A DNA stretch of 64,000 nucleotides. Source: the human T2T-CHM13v2.0 reference genome, Homo sapiens. The translations under genes were made by a program, and so were the position numbers. The stretch is taken from NCBI RefSeq assembly GCF_009914755.1, contig NC_060930.1; one strand, 5' to 3'. Below, piece by piece: positions 29,333-42,670 of this stretch (position 1 is the first letter of the stretch; every line of letters starts with the position of its first letter). Below the pieces are notes generated by a model. It was not told the DNA's origin and searched no databases. It saw nothing but the letters and a program-made list of their open reading frames with translations.

Positions 29333-31190
29333 ACAAGAGACTTTTGGAAAAATCTCTAGGGGCAAACCTCTGAGGTCTTGTCTGCAGCCAGTAGCTTGAC
29401 TGCAATACTGCAGTCACTCAGTAAAGTGACAGAAAAAATTGAAGTTTATAATGAGTTTTGGTTTGAGGAAGCCACAATATGACAATCCAACTTGATGTTC
29501 AAATGAAATTCCCTGGGAAATTCCACAGAGCTCAGCAAGGTAACCTGAAATTCCAACTACCCTATGAGAGTTTTTATAAAGAAAACCTGTGTTCAACAGT
29601 GGAGCACATTATTCAGGAACTTAAAGACAGATTTTCAGAACAGCACCTCAAAGCTCTTAAGTGCTTATCTCTGGTACCCTCAGTCATAGGTCAGCTCAAA
29701 TTTTACACATTAGAGGAACACTATACTGGCATGTATAGAAGTGACTTACCCCATCCCAGTGTGCTCTCAGCCAAACTGCATTGTTGGGGAATCAAATGGA
29801 AAGACAGAGGGAAGAGTGTAGAGCTTCCATCCACCATTTATGAAACTCTCCACTTGACTAAATCAAGTTTTTTACTAATGTGTATGCATTGCTGAAGGTC
29901 CTGTGTATCCTTCCTGTGATAAAAGTTGAGAATTTTTATCAACATAAAATGAAAATGGACAAAAGCATCTCAAAACATACTTGAGGAACCCTTTGACAGA
30001 CCAAAGATTGAGTAACTTGGCTTTGCTTAACATAAATTTTGATCTAAAGCATGATCTGGATTTAATGGTGGACACATATATCAAACATTATCCAATTAAG
30101 TCAGAATTCCCCACAGATAATTCAGAAATCATTACAAATACTGAAAAGCTTCTCTAAACGGGCTTTATCTTACATTTGATATTTGGAAGAAAAGCTGTAA
30201 GTTGTATGCAGGTCACTCAATCACTGACTATCTCTGCTGATAGGCCTCCCATTGAATACATTAATTACTGATAATCTTACTATTTAAATGGCTCCTGCTT
30301 GAAATCTGATGCTTTGAGGACCTATTTTTTTCTTCCAGAAGCTAGCATTGAAAACACCCTGTTTTATGTCTGCATTATCTCTGCTACTGGCACTCTGGAA
30401 TTGTTCTAGTTAAGTCATTTTGGGTATAACATTTATTATCATTTTGGATTTGATTCTTGGATATTGAGTTATCAATTCTTTGAAGAAATATATTTTGGGG
30501 AAGTGTGGGAGTAAGGATTACATCTTCTAATATGTTACAATAAACCTCATAATTGACCTTTGACTAATAAGGATTTCAGGTATGTTGTTAAAAGTCTGTA
30601 ATTGACAGTTAAAGAATTACCAGAGTGAGAAGCTTGTGAGATCAAGAAACAAGGATTTTAGTGCAGGTTTTATCTTTAGTAAATGAACTTAAGGGAACAA
30701 GTTACAGTTAAAGTTGAATGGAAAAGCCTGCCGTTGTTGTTCCACATTTGGTTGTTACTGTTTATATTTCTTTGTTGAACCTACATCTTCATATGCTTTT
30801 TAGCAGGTGTATGTATAACACTTTCATTTATGGTCAAGGCAGAATCAGAGGCCGTGAATACTGACAACTGACTTGTCTGTTTTCTTCTGTCTTTTTCCAT
30901 GACTATATCTTCTGCCTCATCTTGATTTATAAGCAAAAGCTGGAAAACTACAAAAATAAGTGTTTTTTATTTTATCTAGAAATATTATAGAAAATATTGC
31001 TATTTTTGAAGAAAATCAATTTTGTATAATTTATTTTAATCTAAATGTAAATTTTGTTTAAAAAGTATTCTGTATATTGTTTTTTATTATATGTATGTAT
31101 TTAGCAAGTGATATTTCATTTATTTCACCAAATAGGTTCAATTAAATTAAACTCTTTTCTTCCTATTTAAAAAATTGCAAGTGGGAAATG

Positions 31191-31191
<1 letters not shown>

Positions 31192-31238
<47 letters not shown>

Positions 31239-31244
31239 AGAGAG
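31192..31244. repeat. (CA)22(GA)4 compound microsatellite
   Basis: Read directly from the sequence. Confidence 0.97.
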
Positions 31245-31662
31245 CTCGAGCGAGCGGCAAGCTTTATGCTTATGAATTTTTTGTTAAACAAGCCCATCAG
31301 GAATTTCCTTGGCAGTGCTTTGGCACATTATCTTCCCTACCCACTTATGAAAATCATCTATAAATACATCTATAACTGCATTGCTGATTCAGAAAGAAGT
31401 CAAATAAATCCTCAAAAGGGAAGCATATAGTGAAGATCATTAATCTAGAGTTGGGTGAGCAAGATTCAAGTCCCTGACTGTTCTAGGGAACTCCATTTAT
31501 CCATGGTTTGTTCCATGAGCTTCATTTATATGGCTGCATAGGACTATAGAGTCAAAAGACAAAGCCTAGGTCCTGCTATGTCAGAAGTTTAACAAGAGAA
31601 CCTCTGCATAAAGTCAGACCAGCGATGGTTACACCATCTGTAAAATAATCAACAAGGAGTAA

Positions 31663-31981
<319 letters not shown>

Positions 31982-32069
31982 AACAAAGAGTAATTACTCT
32001 TTGCTGAGGTTCTGGGTTCGGGAGAAAATATAATCTCTCTTAAGACAATCTAACTATAACTCTTGTGAG

Positions 32070-32750
32070 ATTTGTGGTCAAACCTAAGATCCATCCTACT
32101 GAAACTGAAGATGATCAAAGACAAAGAAGAAAATCTTAGAAGCACCCAGAAGGAAAAGACAGATTAAATACTGGAAACAACATTTAGATCAGCCAAATAT
32201 TTCTCATCCTCAATAATGGAGCCAAAAAATAGCAAAATAACATTTTCAAAGTGTGATACAAAAATAAATCTTAACCTGGAATAGTATAACCAAGGAAGAG
32301 GGAGATACAAAGACATTTTCAGTGAGAGTCAAACAGAGAGTTTATTACTAATGGCTCCTTACCGAAAGATATTCTAAAGGATACACTCTGAAAGGCTAGA
32401 AAATAATTCCACAATGAATATCTGTAATTAAAAAAGGAAAGAGTTACTAGAATATGTGATAAAAATGGATAAATCACCACAAATGTTGTCTGTAAAACCC
32501 AAAGCAATAGAATATGATTTGTGAAATAATAAAAATAACTAAAATAGTAGAGAATAATAGCATGTAAGTCAATGCTTAGACATTACAGTTAAATAATTTT
32601 GTTTGAGAGGATAAAAATAATAATCTTTGAAGAATTAAATATGCTTCTAACATTTTAAGGTAAAAACTAAGAGTAACTTTCAAATTCACAGAGAGAAAAA
32701 AATGGGATAGGAAAAAAGTTCTCAATCAATTCAAACAAATGGAAGAAAGA
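32070..32750 (+). mobile_element. Ancient L1M ORF1 C-terminus / inter-ORF fragment
   Basis: 'aaagacaaagaagaaaatcttagaagcacccagaaggaaaagacagatta...ttctcatcctcaataatggagcc...acattttcaaagtg'. Confidence 0.65.
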
Positions 32751-32799
32751 AGGAGGACATGCACATGTATTACAATTTGCCAAGCATTATGGCTCCTCT

Positions 32800-33090
32800 T
32801 GTTGTTGACAATTATACTTCCATCTTGATGTCAGGTTTGTTCCTGTAATTTGCTCTAACCAATGGAATGTTATTGAGGAAGCTTTCTGGGCCAGGTAATG
32901 ATTTGGCATCTTCCTTCTCCCTCTGCTGTGAGACTGGCAGAGGCTGCTTCTGAGTCCTGGAGGTAAGGTGAGTGGAGAGACAGTGATGGACTTATTAAAT
33001 GAGTGTGAAACACATCTTTGTAGTGGCAGGCCCCTGTGATTTTAAAGATTAATTGTTGCCGGAAGTACAATCTAGCCTATCCTGACTGAT
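32800..33090 (+). mobile_element. Old MaLR LTR fragment (MLT1H-J-like)
   Basis: 'ttgctctaaccaatggaatg' ... 'tctagcctatcctgactgata'. Confidence 0.6.
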
Positions 33091-33594
33091 AAGCGAGGAA
33101 AATCTTTCATAAAGATCTTTGGGGCTAATAGCTGTGTGACTTTGGGCAAGTCACTTCACCTTTCTGGGTCTTTATTTCCTCTTCAGTGAAATGATGTATT
33201 GTACAGACAGAAAAATCTCTTGAAGATGTAAAGGAAAAAGAAAAAGAAAACATGATCCAATTTATTAAAACCTTCAAAATAATAATCATTTCAAATCATA
33301 CATATGCATATCTGCATCTATATCTACCTGTTTGTAAATGTAGAAGAGTAAATCCAGATGGATACAAACTAAATTGTTAACAGGGATTATTACTAGAAGG
33401 GGCGGGAGGTAGGGAGGAAGATAAAGAAGGATGTACTTTTTAATTCTATTAATTTATTATTTGAACATTTTACAGTTATTTTTACATATTCAGTATAATT
33501 TCTTTCGCAAAGTGCAATAAAATGAATGGTGGTTAAAAAAAGCGATCCATAGTGCTTAATAAATGAGAGAGAGAAATATATCTTTCAGGTGATA

Positions 33595-34020
33595 TCAATG
33601 GTTGGATGTTAAAGTTGTATTATTTCATTTGAGAGGATAAAAATAATAATTTAATCTTTCAAGAGTTAAATATGTGCCTGACATTTTAGGGCAAACAATA
33701 AGAGTAACTTTCAAATTCACAGAAATAAAAATACGTGGAATGGGAAAAAAAATTCTCAATTCAAACAAATGGAAGAAAGAAGGAAGATGTGTACATGTAT
33801 TACAATTTGGCAAGCATTATGGCCCCTCCAATTAAATGTTGCCCTAAGTATTTTGTACCTTCAGGGCTATACTGATATAAATGAAGAATTGAATGGCTAT
33901 TTTGAGACACTTTGTTTTATTGCCTTTTTCAATCATATTTTTCTGAAAATTAGTTTCAGAAAAAATAGTCGTATTATGCTGAACTTCTTACTTCTTAATA
34001 AGTCATTCCTTCCCAAAGCT
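33595..34020 (+). repeat. Composite local duplication (copy of 32569-32798 fused to copy of 35236-35427)
   Basis: Aligned by eye. 33829-34020 vs 35236-35427 is 192 bp, gap-free, with 19 mismatches. 33628-33828 vs 32602-32798 is similar with small indels. Confidence 0.93.
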
Positions 34021-34705
34021 CAACTTGATTGAACTTGAGACTCAACCAACGATTGAGCAATTTGAAATTAAGATTCTGGTGTCCAGAGTCAACAATATCT
34101 ACTTTTTAAAAAGTTCAAGTAAAGTCTTTTTTCTGTCTTATGTGCTGTCAGTTATACATGTACAAAAGCATTTCATGTCCAGAGTGCTTGTGAAGACACA
34201 CACTCATATAGAAACTGTAGCTAGCAGTTACACTGTTACTGTAAATTTGGGGAAAAGAAGGCTGAGAATCTCATAGATAGAAGTGTGAATGTTCTAAGGT
34301 GGTTGACTGACATACTGTCTTTGAGGAATATTAGAAGAAAATATATAACCCTATTTCACAGAAACAGCATTATAGTCATTAGGAAACATTTTGAATTTAG
34401 TACAAATATGGCAAAGAATTATCAGGGTATATTTGTGCTAAAATATCACAATTAATTCAGCATACATTTAGCTAGTGCCCACTATATTTCAGAGTAGTTC
34501 TGAAATTACAGAAATGATTATGATGTGGTACCTGCTCTTAAGGAACCTAGAGTTTAGAAGAAAAAGTACTCATAGTCAAATAGTTGTAATTATAATAATC
34601 TGGTTCATGCTCAACTTAAAACATTTAGCTTGTCTTTGAAATAAAAACATAAAGTTCACCTAGGAGGAAGTCATCATATAATTAAAGACAAGATCTAGTT
34701 TTTAA

Positions 34706-35063
<358 letters not shown>

Positions 35064-35799
35064 TGATTTCAGAAAGAGCAAAATAGAACTGAAAGATTGT
35101 TATAATTTTTTAGTTATTTCTATAAATGAGTTTATGCATTCTAAACCAACCACAGAAAAAAGGAAAAAAATGAAACAGAGAATGTATCTCTGCTTCTTGA
35201 TATGACTTCCCTATAGCTATTTTCATGTCCTCAGTCAATTAAATGCTGGCCTAAGTATTGTGTGCCTTCAGGGCTATACTGATATGAATGAAGAATTGAA
35301 TGGCTATTATAAGACACTTTGTTTTATTACTTTGTTTAATCATATTTTTCTGAAAAAATATTTCAGAAAAAATAGTCTTATTCTGCTGAACTGCTTACTT
35401 CTTAATAAGTCATTCCTTCCCAAAACTTTTCAGCATTGTGAGGATCATAATTGTTTACTTAGAAGAATAATTTTTATGAAAGTGATGGAAAAAATGCTTC
35501 AATGAGTTTACATTTCAGATACTTTTCTGAAATGAACATTGATCAAAGCCTTTTTGAAATTATGACAAATTGAGAAGTCTTCTAGGTCTTGACTATTGAT
35601 AATTGAGTTTCTCTGGTGATACACAGAAGTGGAAAGAGGAAAGCAGGTATTTAAAATGCATATACATATAAAGACAATATGGTGTAAGGGAATGAGCTGT
35701 GGACTGGGAACACAAGATAGGTAAGTTACTCTTACTTACCAGCTGTGTGTTTGGAAAAGTCAGTTAACAATGCTAAACCTCATAATTGAAGTGGGGAAT

Positions 35800-36262
35800 G
35801 TGTCGATTTGGGGTCTCAACAGAAAGAGAAGTCACACTCTGATAAATTATTTATAGAGGTATGGTCAGGGTTAAGGAAATTGTTAGCAGATATCAACACA
35901 TCTAAGACCTAAATATCATGGAAGCTGTTACCACACTAGGCTTGAAAATTCAAAGGGAAAAATGTGTCACTGGAGCCTGGTGAGAATAGGAGCCACTGAG
36001 GAGGGGGACTCCCATTAGATGCTGAAGCCATAGATGGATACAGCACTGCAAGAACTGTGGTACCGACATAGTGAGGGAGCTGGGGAAGAATTATTCCTCT
36101 TCCCGCCTTCTGATTTCCCAGTCATTCCTCCCATTGGCTGAATCCAAGTAGAAGCTAGCTCGGGTGGTATCATTGGTAGAGTTCATTCTTTTGGGTCACA
36201 GGGAACTGAGGAGAAGGGTAGACACTGAATGTTGTGGAAGAGGTTAATACAGAACATCAGGA
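35800..36262 (-). mobile_element. Solo ERV-L LTR (LTR41-like)
   Basis: 'tatttatagaggtatggtcagggttaaggaa...ggaagctgttaccacactaggcttgaa...cctcccattggctgaatccaagtagaagcta', the same motifs as the proviral LTRs at 8.2 and 14.1 kb. Confidence 0.7.
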
Positions 36263-36849
36263 GAAGAATATTAATGTCTGTTACTCATGATTGGTTCAAA
36301 TTTAAGTGAGATTTCGTATATTAAAGTCTTTGTGAACCATGATAGTGCTGGCAAAGTCAGATGAGATTCTAACACATTTAATCAGTTTATAAATCCCTCC
36401 ACTACCATTAATGAATAGCTGGAGGGACTGTGCTGTTCCTTCTCCACAGACCAAAGTGTTATACTCTTTTCCTACTTCTTTTCTCCTTCAAGGCTGCCCT
36501 TGAGATTTATTTTGAACACAATATTTTACTGGATAAAAATATTGAGTGTGGGAAGGTTACGGCATACACTGTGATTTGTCCTAGCAATCACACCACATAG
36601 CCCAGAAATGATCCTAATTGTAAATGGATATTATCACAAAGTATATATCAGTTATATTGCATTTTCTTCCTCTAATGCCTCCTGAAAAGTACATTTTACA
36701 ATGAAATAACTTCATATGTTATTCATCATCATTTTTGTTCTGCTATAAATTTTATTCAGCTTAATAAAGGTTTATATTTCATAAAAGCCAGTAGAATCAT
36801 AGCATGAGAAAAGTGTTAATCTGACAGAAATACTTTAATGTCAGAGTTT

Positions 36850-37070
36850 CCTCATGTCAATCACAGATACTCTCCATTGTTTTTCTGCCAGATGTGCCAC
36901 GGCAGACCTGCTGGACCCTTGCAAAAGCCCTAATTAGTGTCTTATTCCCATCAAAGCCATTTTCTGGGCTGTTGCATATGCTACTTTGAGACCCAGTGCG
37001 TAATAGCACAGTGACTTTTGTACTGATAATAAGTGAGTCAATAAACTGTCACATCTGTGTTGGCCAAAGA
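36850..37070. promoter_or_regulatory. Candidate developmental enhancer (motif cluster in apparently non-repeat DNA)
   Basis: TGATTGACA (minus strand, 36855-36863), CATTGT 36875, CAGATG 36889, TAATTA 36931, ATCAAAG 36950, TGATAA 37024, TGAGTCA 37034, CTGTCA 37046 and CATCTG 37052. Motif evidence only. Confidence 0.35.
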
Positions 37071-37334
37071 GTGAGAGCTAATCTTCTATTTAGATTCCAA
37101 GATTCCATTTTGTATGAACAAAATGTACTTAAATCATGAAGTTACTTTATTGTGAACACTTCCTCTTTTTATTTACTTCTGTTCTCTCCTGCATCTGTAT
37201 TCATGGGCCTAAATCCGAGACCATGATCTGTGATCTAAATTAGCCCCTTAATTTCTTCTTTGGATTCCTAAAATCTTAATTTGAATGTTACACTCTTAAT
37301 GTGAATGTTGCTTTTTAACTGATATAATATCATT

Positions 37335-37745
37335 TAAAATGCTCTAGGCTGCAAGTACAAACTCCCCAATTAATGGCGACTTAAATAATTATTATCTCAA
37401 TAAGAAATCCAGGAGAGGGTGATTTCAGGGCTGCTTCAGTAACTAAGTTAAATCATCAGGTACCCACATGTTTTTTACATTTTCCCTTTTTGCTATTTGT
37501 GTAGGTTACAGCTCTTTTCATTCTCACAGATGGCAATAGCAACTCTGAGGCACACAAAAAATATTGCTTTTTTTTTAAATCCAGAAGAAAACCTTATTCT
37601 ATACACTCCCAGTAGATTTTGTCCTTATGTCTCATTGGCTAAAACTGGGGGTCATATAATCACTGTTAGTCTAATCACTGGCAAAGGAGTTTTGGATTTT
37701 TATGACTGGCTAAGATGAATTATAATCTACCCAGGGATACCCACC
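37335..37745 (-). mobile_element. Old MaLR LTR (MLT1K/L-like)
   Basis: 'tctaggctgcaagta...ttaaataattattatctcaataagaaatccagg' and 'ttatgtctcattggctaaaactgggggtcat...ctaatcactggcaaagga'. Confidence 0.55.
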
Positions 37746-38312
37746 TTCCATATGAACAAGGCTACAGATTACTGGACAAAAGCACTGCAGGAAGATGGGG
37801 ACGATCATTGTTGAGTAGTCAGAATGGTGTTAGAAATAAGTACCTATGTGATGTTTGTTGCCCTGCGGCTTTCCATTGCCGTAATCCCTTTATCATGAAT
37901 TTTGTCTCATTCAATTCTCTGTCCACATGGAACTAGTTTCACTCTTCCTGTCAAAGTAGTCTTTAATCTGTTGGGAGCCATCCACTTCTACTCGTGATTC
38001 TGAGTATAAATTCTTAGACCAGTATTAGGAAAGTATAGTCAAGAATTGAACAAGTACATTAAGAGAAGTACCTTTTCCTCCCCCAGGTAATACCACTGAA
38101 TCTACTGCTTTGGCAGCTACTGAAGGCTTCTTTTCTCTTTCTCTCTCATTGAGATTTCTTTTTTTATTTACTATATCATAGAGACTGGAAAGTAAACTTC
38201 ATTTCCTTATGACAGTGGGTGGTCATGGTACACGTTTCTGGCAGGTAGTTGTGAGTCCAAATATTTGAGGAAGTCTTGCTATCCTTAATGATAAGGCAAA
38301 ACTTTGCTAGTA

Positions 38313-38905
38313 CAGTTGGCTTTACTTATCTGCAGGTTCTGCATGTGCACACTCAACCAACTACCAATCAATAATATTCAGAGGCTAGGCACCGTGGCTC
38401 ATGCCTGTAATCCTCGTACTTTGGGAGGCTGAGGTGGGTGGATCGCTTGAGCCCAGAAATTCAAGACAAGCCTGGGCAACATGTTGAAACCCCATCTCTA
38501 CAAAAATTACAAAAATTAGCCAGGCATGGTGGCATGCACCTGTAGTCCCAGCTACTCTGGAGGATAAGGTGAGAGGATCATCTGAGCCTGGGGAGGTCAA
38601 GGCTGCAATGAGCCAAGATTGAGCCGCTGGACTCCAGGTGTCAACAGAGTGAAGCCCTGTCTCGAAAACAACAAACAAAAATGTTTGAAAAAAAACAATA
38701 AGACACAGCAATACAATAATAAAAAATATCACAAGTAAAAAGAACAATACAGTATAAGAACTGGTTACTTAAAGTATACTGGAGGATGTATGTAGGTTAC
38801 ATGCAAATACAATATCATGTTTTATAAGGCACTTGAGCATCTGTGGATTTGGTATTCGTGGGGGATACTGGAGCCAATCCCCCTGCAGATACTGAGGGAT
38901 GACTG
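38313..38905 (-). mobile_element. MER2 (TcMar-Tigger) DNA transposon, split by AluJ
   Basis: TA target duplications at 38311-38312 and 38906-38907. TIRs are cagttggctttacttatctgcagg and, on the reverse strand, cagtcatccctcagtatctgcagg. Internal 'acttgagcatctgtggatttggtat' is present. Confidence 0.88.
38383..38676 (+). mobile_element. AluJ
   Basis: J diagnostics 'gatcgcttgagccc', 'gcctgggcaacat' and 'gaggtcaaggctgca'. Confidence 0.93.
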
Positions 38906-41434
38906 TATACAGTGACTGTACGAGTCTTTTGTTCTTGCTCTTATTCTGCTCAGATGCCAATGCATGACTGGAAATGCAGCAGCCAGCTTGCAAATTTAAG
39001 GTCAAAAGTCCCTGCTAAGTTCGGCAAAACAGGAAAAAGAGTTGAATGAGTCCTGGAGATGTCATTGAGCCTCCTTACTAGCCTTGGATTGCTGACAAGT
39101 GATTAAAAATCAGATAAACAAACAATAAAAAATTGTGTCATTATTGAAGTTATTTTTTAAGTATTTTAGGAAGTAGAACAAAGTTCCCAATTGACACGTT
39201 AGTGGTTGAGTCTGTCTGTTTACTTGTTAAGTTTTGTTGAGCTAGTTGTGTTTTCCTGAAATCCTATGAAATGTTCTCCTATTTTCAAAGCTTGGTCCGT
39301 TATTTCATCCATTGGAACCAAATGTAATGGTTTTTAAAATGCAGTTTTTGGAGAGTTGATTAGTCATTTCTCCATTCAAAATACTTCTAAGATAAATGGC
39401 ATCCAAGGTTTCCACCTTATCACCCCTGCTTTGGTGTCCAGATTTATATCTTACCTTCTTGCTACTTACACTGTGGTCATGCACAATTAGCTTCCAGTAG
39501 CCATAAGCACTATTTTCCTACCTGCTACTTTTCTTATTCATGGTCTTTTCTTTGCCTAAAGCATATTTCAATGTTTCTCTAACTGTTGAAATTTTTTCCA
39601 TCTTTATTACTTAATTCAGATGACAACTTCTTGAAGAAGGCTTTTAGTGCCTAGGAGAATATCCTGCTCATAGTAAGTGCCAAGTAAGTGTTAGCTATAA
39701 TTAACTCTCCTTCCCTTGCATTATGTAAAACATACATTAATTAAATATAAATTGTGCTGTTTAAAGTAGTTACTTCCATATATAATTACTTTCCCCAGAT
39801 GATTTTAAACTATTTAAGGGCAGACTTGACCTGCATTGTAAGTGTTCAATTGACAAATTGTACTCTACTTACAAAACTTGAATTGGGTGACATAAATACT
39901 CTGAATTCTTGCCTTAAGAGAATGATTAAATTAAAATTAATCCATGATGGGGGAATCACAAGCAAGTTGGAAATGCAATGATGATTCTTGTACCACTTTT
40001 CACACAAATACATGTAAATATCCATAAGTTAGTTTCATGCAGGACATCTTTATGATTATATTTTCTTAGACTCTTTCTAACTCTATTTATCTTTCTTTCA
40101 AAATTTAATGCACTACATACTATTTTTTGGTTCTTCATTATAAAATACATCTATTCTAAGGTCCCTGAAATAATAGAGGGCAAATTATCAATATAATAAA
40201 AGTGATAATAATCAGGATCAGCTCCTTGCACTGGCAGACCACATGTGGGAAAAATAACATTAATACATTAACTAATTGAATGTAATGTGTAGATTAATAA
40301 CAGTGCTCTTTTATTAATAAGATAGTACTAAACGACCATCAGTTACGTGAAATAGAGACTTTCAGGAGAAATGATGCCTTTGCTTTTAATTCCATTTCTA
40401 TATCTGTGCCTATTTCTGTTTGGTACCCAATATACACACTTAGTCAAAGCCATTTGGGTAAGATATTTCTTCATTAGAAAGAGATTTTTTTTGTCTTACA
40501 TGGTGATGAAGTTCATCATCTTGATCTACTGATGCATTCCTTTTATAGATAAATAGTGAGGATTAAAGAAGAGCAAATACTTTTTTTAACTTGTTAGCAT
40601 GAGCATAATACATATATGTGCTTTTCCATCCACAGTGTTTCATAAGTGGCAAGATATCAGCTTTGCACTGTTTATGTTTGGAGGTGGTAATGTAAAAGTT
40701 TAGGCTGAGCTATAAATATATTTTGCTCTAGTTTTCCTGGGATTGAACAGCATATATATGTGAAATGGTGGTTCAGGTAGATCATGACACTGGAATATTT
40801 TGCTTATCTGTGTAAAACTTATGATCTATGTTGAGAATTTCTCAGGACTTAACATAATTCTAGATCTTCCAAGATAGCACCAGAATGCTGCTCTCCAGAA
40901 GATGGTTCTGTTCCATTCCTAACAGTTTTGTATTCATACTGCCCACTGCCCATCCTTTTCAGCATTGCATAAATCTCTGCTGTTAACCTTTCTTGGGAAC
41001 TATGTGGCAAGTGAAAACCCAGATACTCATGTGACACTGAAATAAGAGAATTCCTAACTCACCCCTCCAACATCCTGGTTCTCTGATGAGCAGTATTCAC
41101 TTCTTCAAGGCTCCTTGCTTGGTTTTCATTTGTTGTTTTGTGAAGCACTTAAATTATTTGTTGTACTGCCTCCCATGCCACCTCTTCAGCCATGAATAAA
41201 ATCTTGCCCTGACCCCAAACCATTTGATGTAGGCCTGAGAATCCTAATAGTCCCTTTCTGAGGCTGGATGGCTGGTACTGTTGCACATAATCCACTCTCC
41301 CAATGGTTAGACTATGGGTCTGGGTGAAACTATGTCATCAAGCTTTTTATGTTTTATGCCAAATGATTTCAAGTAGGTCTTCTGATTCATTACAAAGTGG
41401 CCAATACTCACTCTGTGTAAAAACAGTCAGAGTC

Positions 41435-41748
<314 letters not shown>

Positions 41749-42319
41749 AAAAACAGTCAGAGTCACCATCTGCTTGACACTAACTAGCTTTCCAGGATCT
41801 GGCTGGCTGGCAGGTGGTCCACAGAGTGCCAGTGTTTTGTTATTCTTAGCTTTGTACTTCCCATTAGCTGTTTTCATGACTATTTGTGTGACAGCCAGTG
41901 TCTCCTGGTAAGATCTGGTCACAGTTGGGCATATGTTGTCCAATTGCTGAGCAGAAAGACAGAATTTAGAGAGCTGTAGAAGTTACCAAAGTGAGTCCTG
42001 GTATCCTGTTCTTATTTGTTAGCATCATTGTAGACATGATCTAGGCCTAATAGTCTTGATCATCTGGAGGAACGTATCTGAGCTCTCTCCAATTTTGTCG
42101 AGATCCTAGATAATTTTCTCACCTTTGTGGACAAGAATTAGAAATCAAGGGAAGGGGACACATTGATTTTGTTGCCCTGGAAACTTTAATACTACATTCA
42201 ATTAAATCCAGAGTGTTAGCCAAACCCATAGATTATATGGGTACATGATTGTTTTTTCCTCTGGGAATTACCCACAGTGGCTTTTTGCTCATGTTGTTTT
42301 TCCTATTTTTTTCCCAATT

Positions 42320-42670
42320 TAAAAACTTTTTTGTAGGTTTACAGATGTGCAGGTTTGTTACGTAAGCCAATTACATGTCATGGGAGTTTGGCATACAGAT
42401 TATTTTGCCACCCAGGTGATAACCATAGTAATGGATAGGTAGTATTTTTATCCTCACCCTCCTCCCTCCCTCTACCCTCAAATAGGCCCCAATATCTGTT
42501 GTTTCCTTTTTTGTGTCCATGTGTACTCAATGTTTAGCTCCCACTTCTAAGTGAGAGCATGCAGTATTTGATTTTCTGTTCCTGTGTTAGTTTGCTTAGA
42601 TAATGGCCTCCAGCTCCGTCCATGTTGCTGCAAAGGACTTATCTCATTGTTTGTTATGGCTGCATAGTAT
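42320..42670 (-). mobile_element. Older L1PA (PA13-16-like) 3' end
   Basis: 'gtgcaggtttgtta...acagattattttgccacccaggt...ctcccacttctaagtgagagcatgcag...ttatggctgcatagtat'. Confidence 0.88.

Larger units (their letters stand above)
27410..31064 (+). pseudogene. THAP12: Processed pseudogene of THAP12 (PRKRIR/P52rIPK; THAP zinc finger plus hAT-transposase-like domain); pseudogene number not determined
   Basis: Colinear and intronless from 27523 (AGG in place of ATG; ..NFSTAPNCKGKSKESDLAFFRF vs parent MPNFCAAPNCTRKSTQSDLAFFRF). It continues through HEADEIPEGLFTPDNF (ORF 27938) and TVEHIIQELKDRFSEQHLKALKCLSLVPSV (ORF 29479) to the C-terminal ..LALLNINFDLKHDLDLMVDTYIK (~30017-30085). It has many stops and frameshifts, a GC-richer 5'UTR remnant and a ~0.9-kb 3'UTR ending in a short A run. 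The 5' boundary is approximate. Confidence 0.95.
38190..39100 (+). mobile_element. Old MaLR LTR (MLT1J-like), split by MER2
   Basis: 'gtgggtggtcatggtacacgtttctggc' on the left of MER2 and 'ctggaaatgcagcagccagcttgcaa...ctagccttggattgc' on the right. Confidence 0.55.

Noticed and set aside
27523-30145. Possible active THAP/hAT transposase or new transposon
   Set aside because: There are no TIRs. It carries mRNA UTRs, has lost its start codon and has many disabling mutations, so it is explained as a THAP12 retrocopy.
40849-41037. Minus-strand ORF with protein-like composition
   Set aside because: Short, with no recognisable homology and no supported splice pair.
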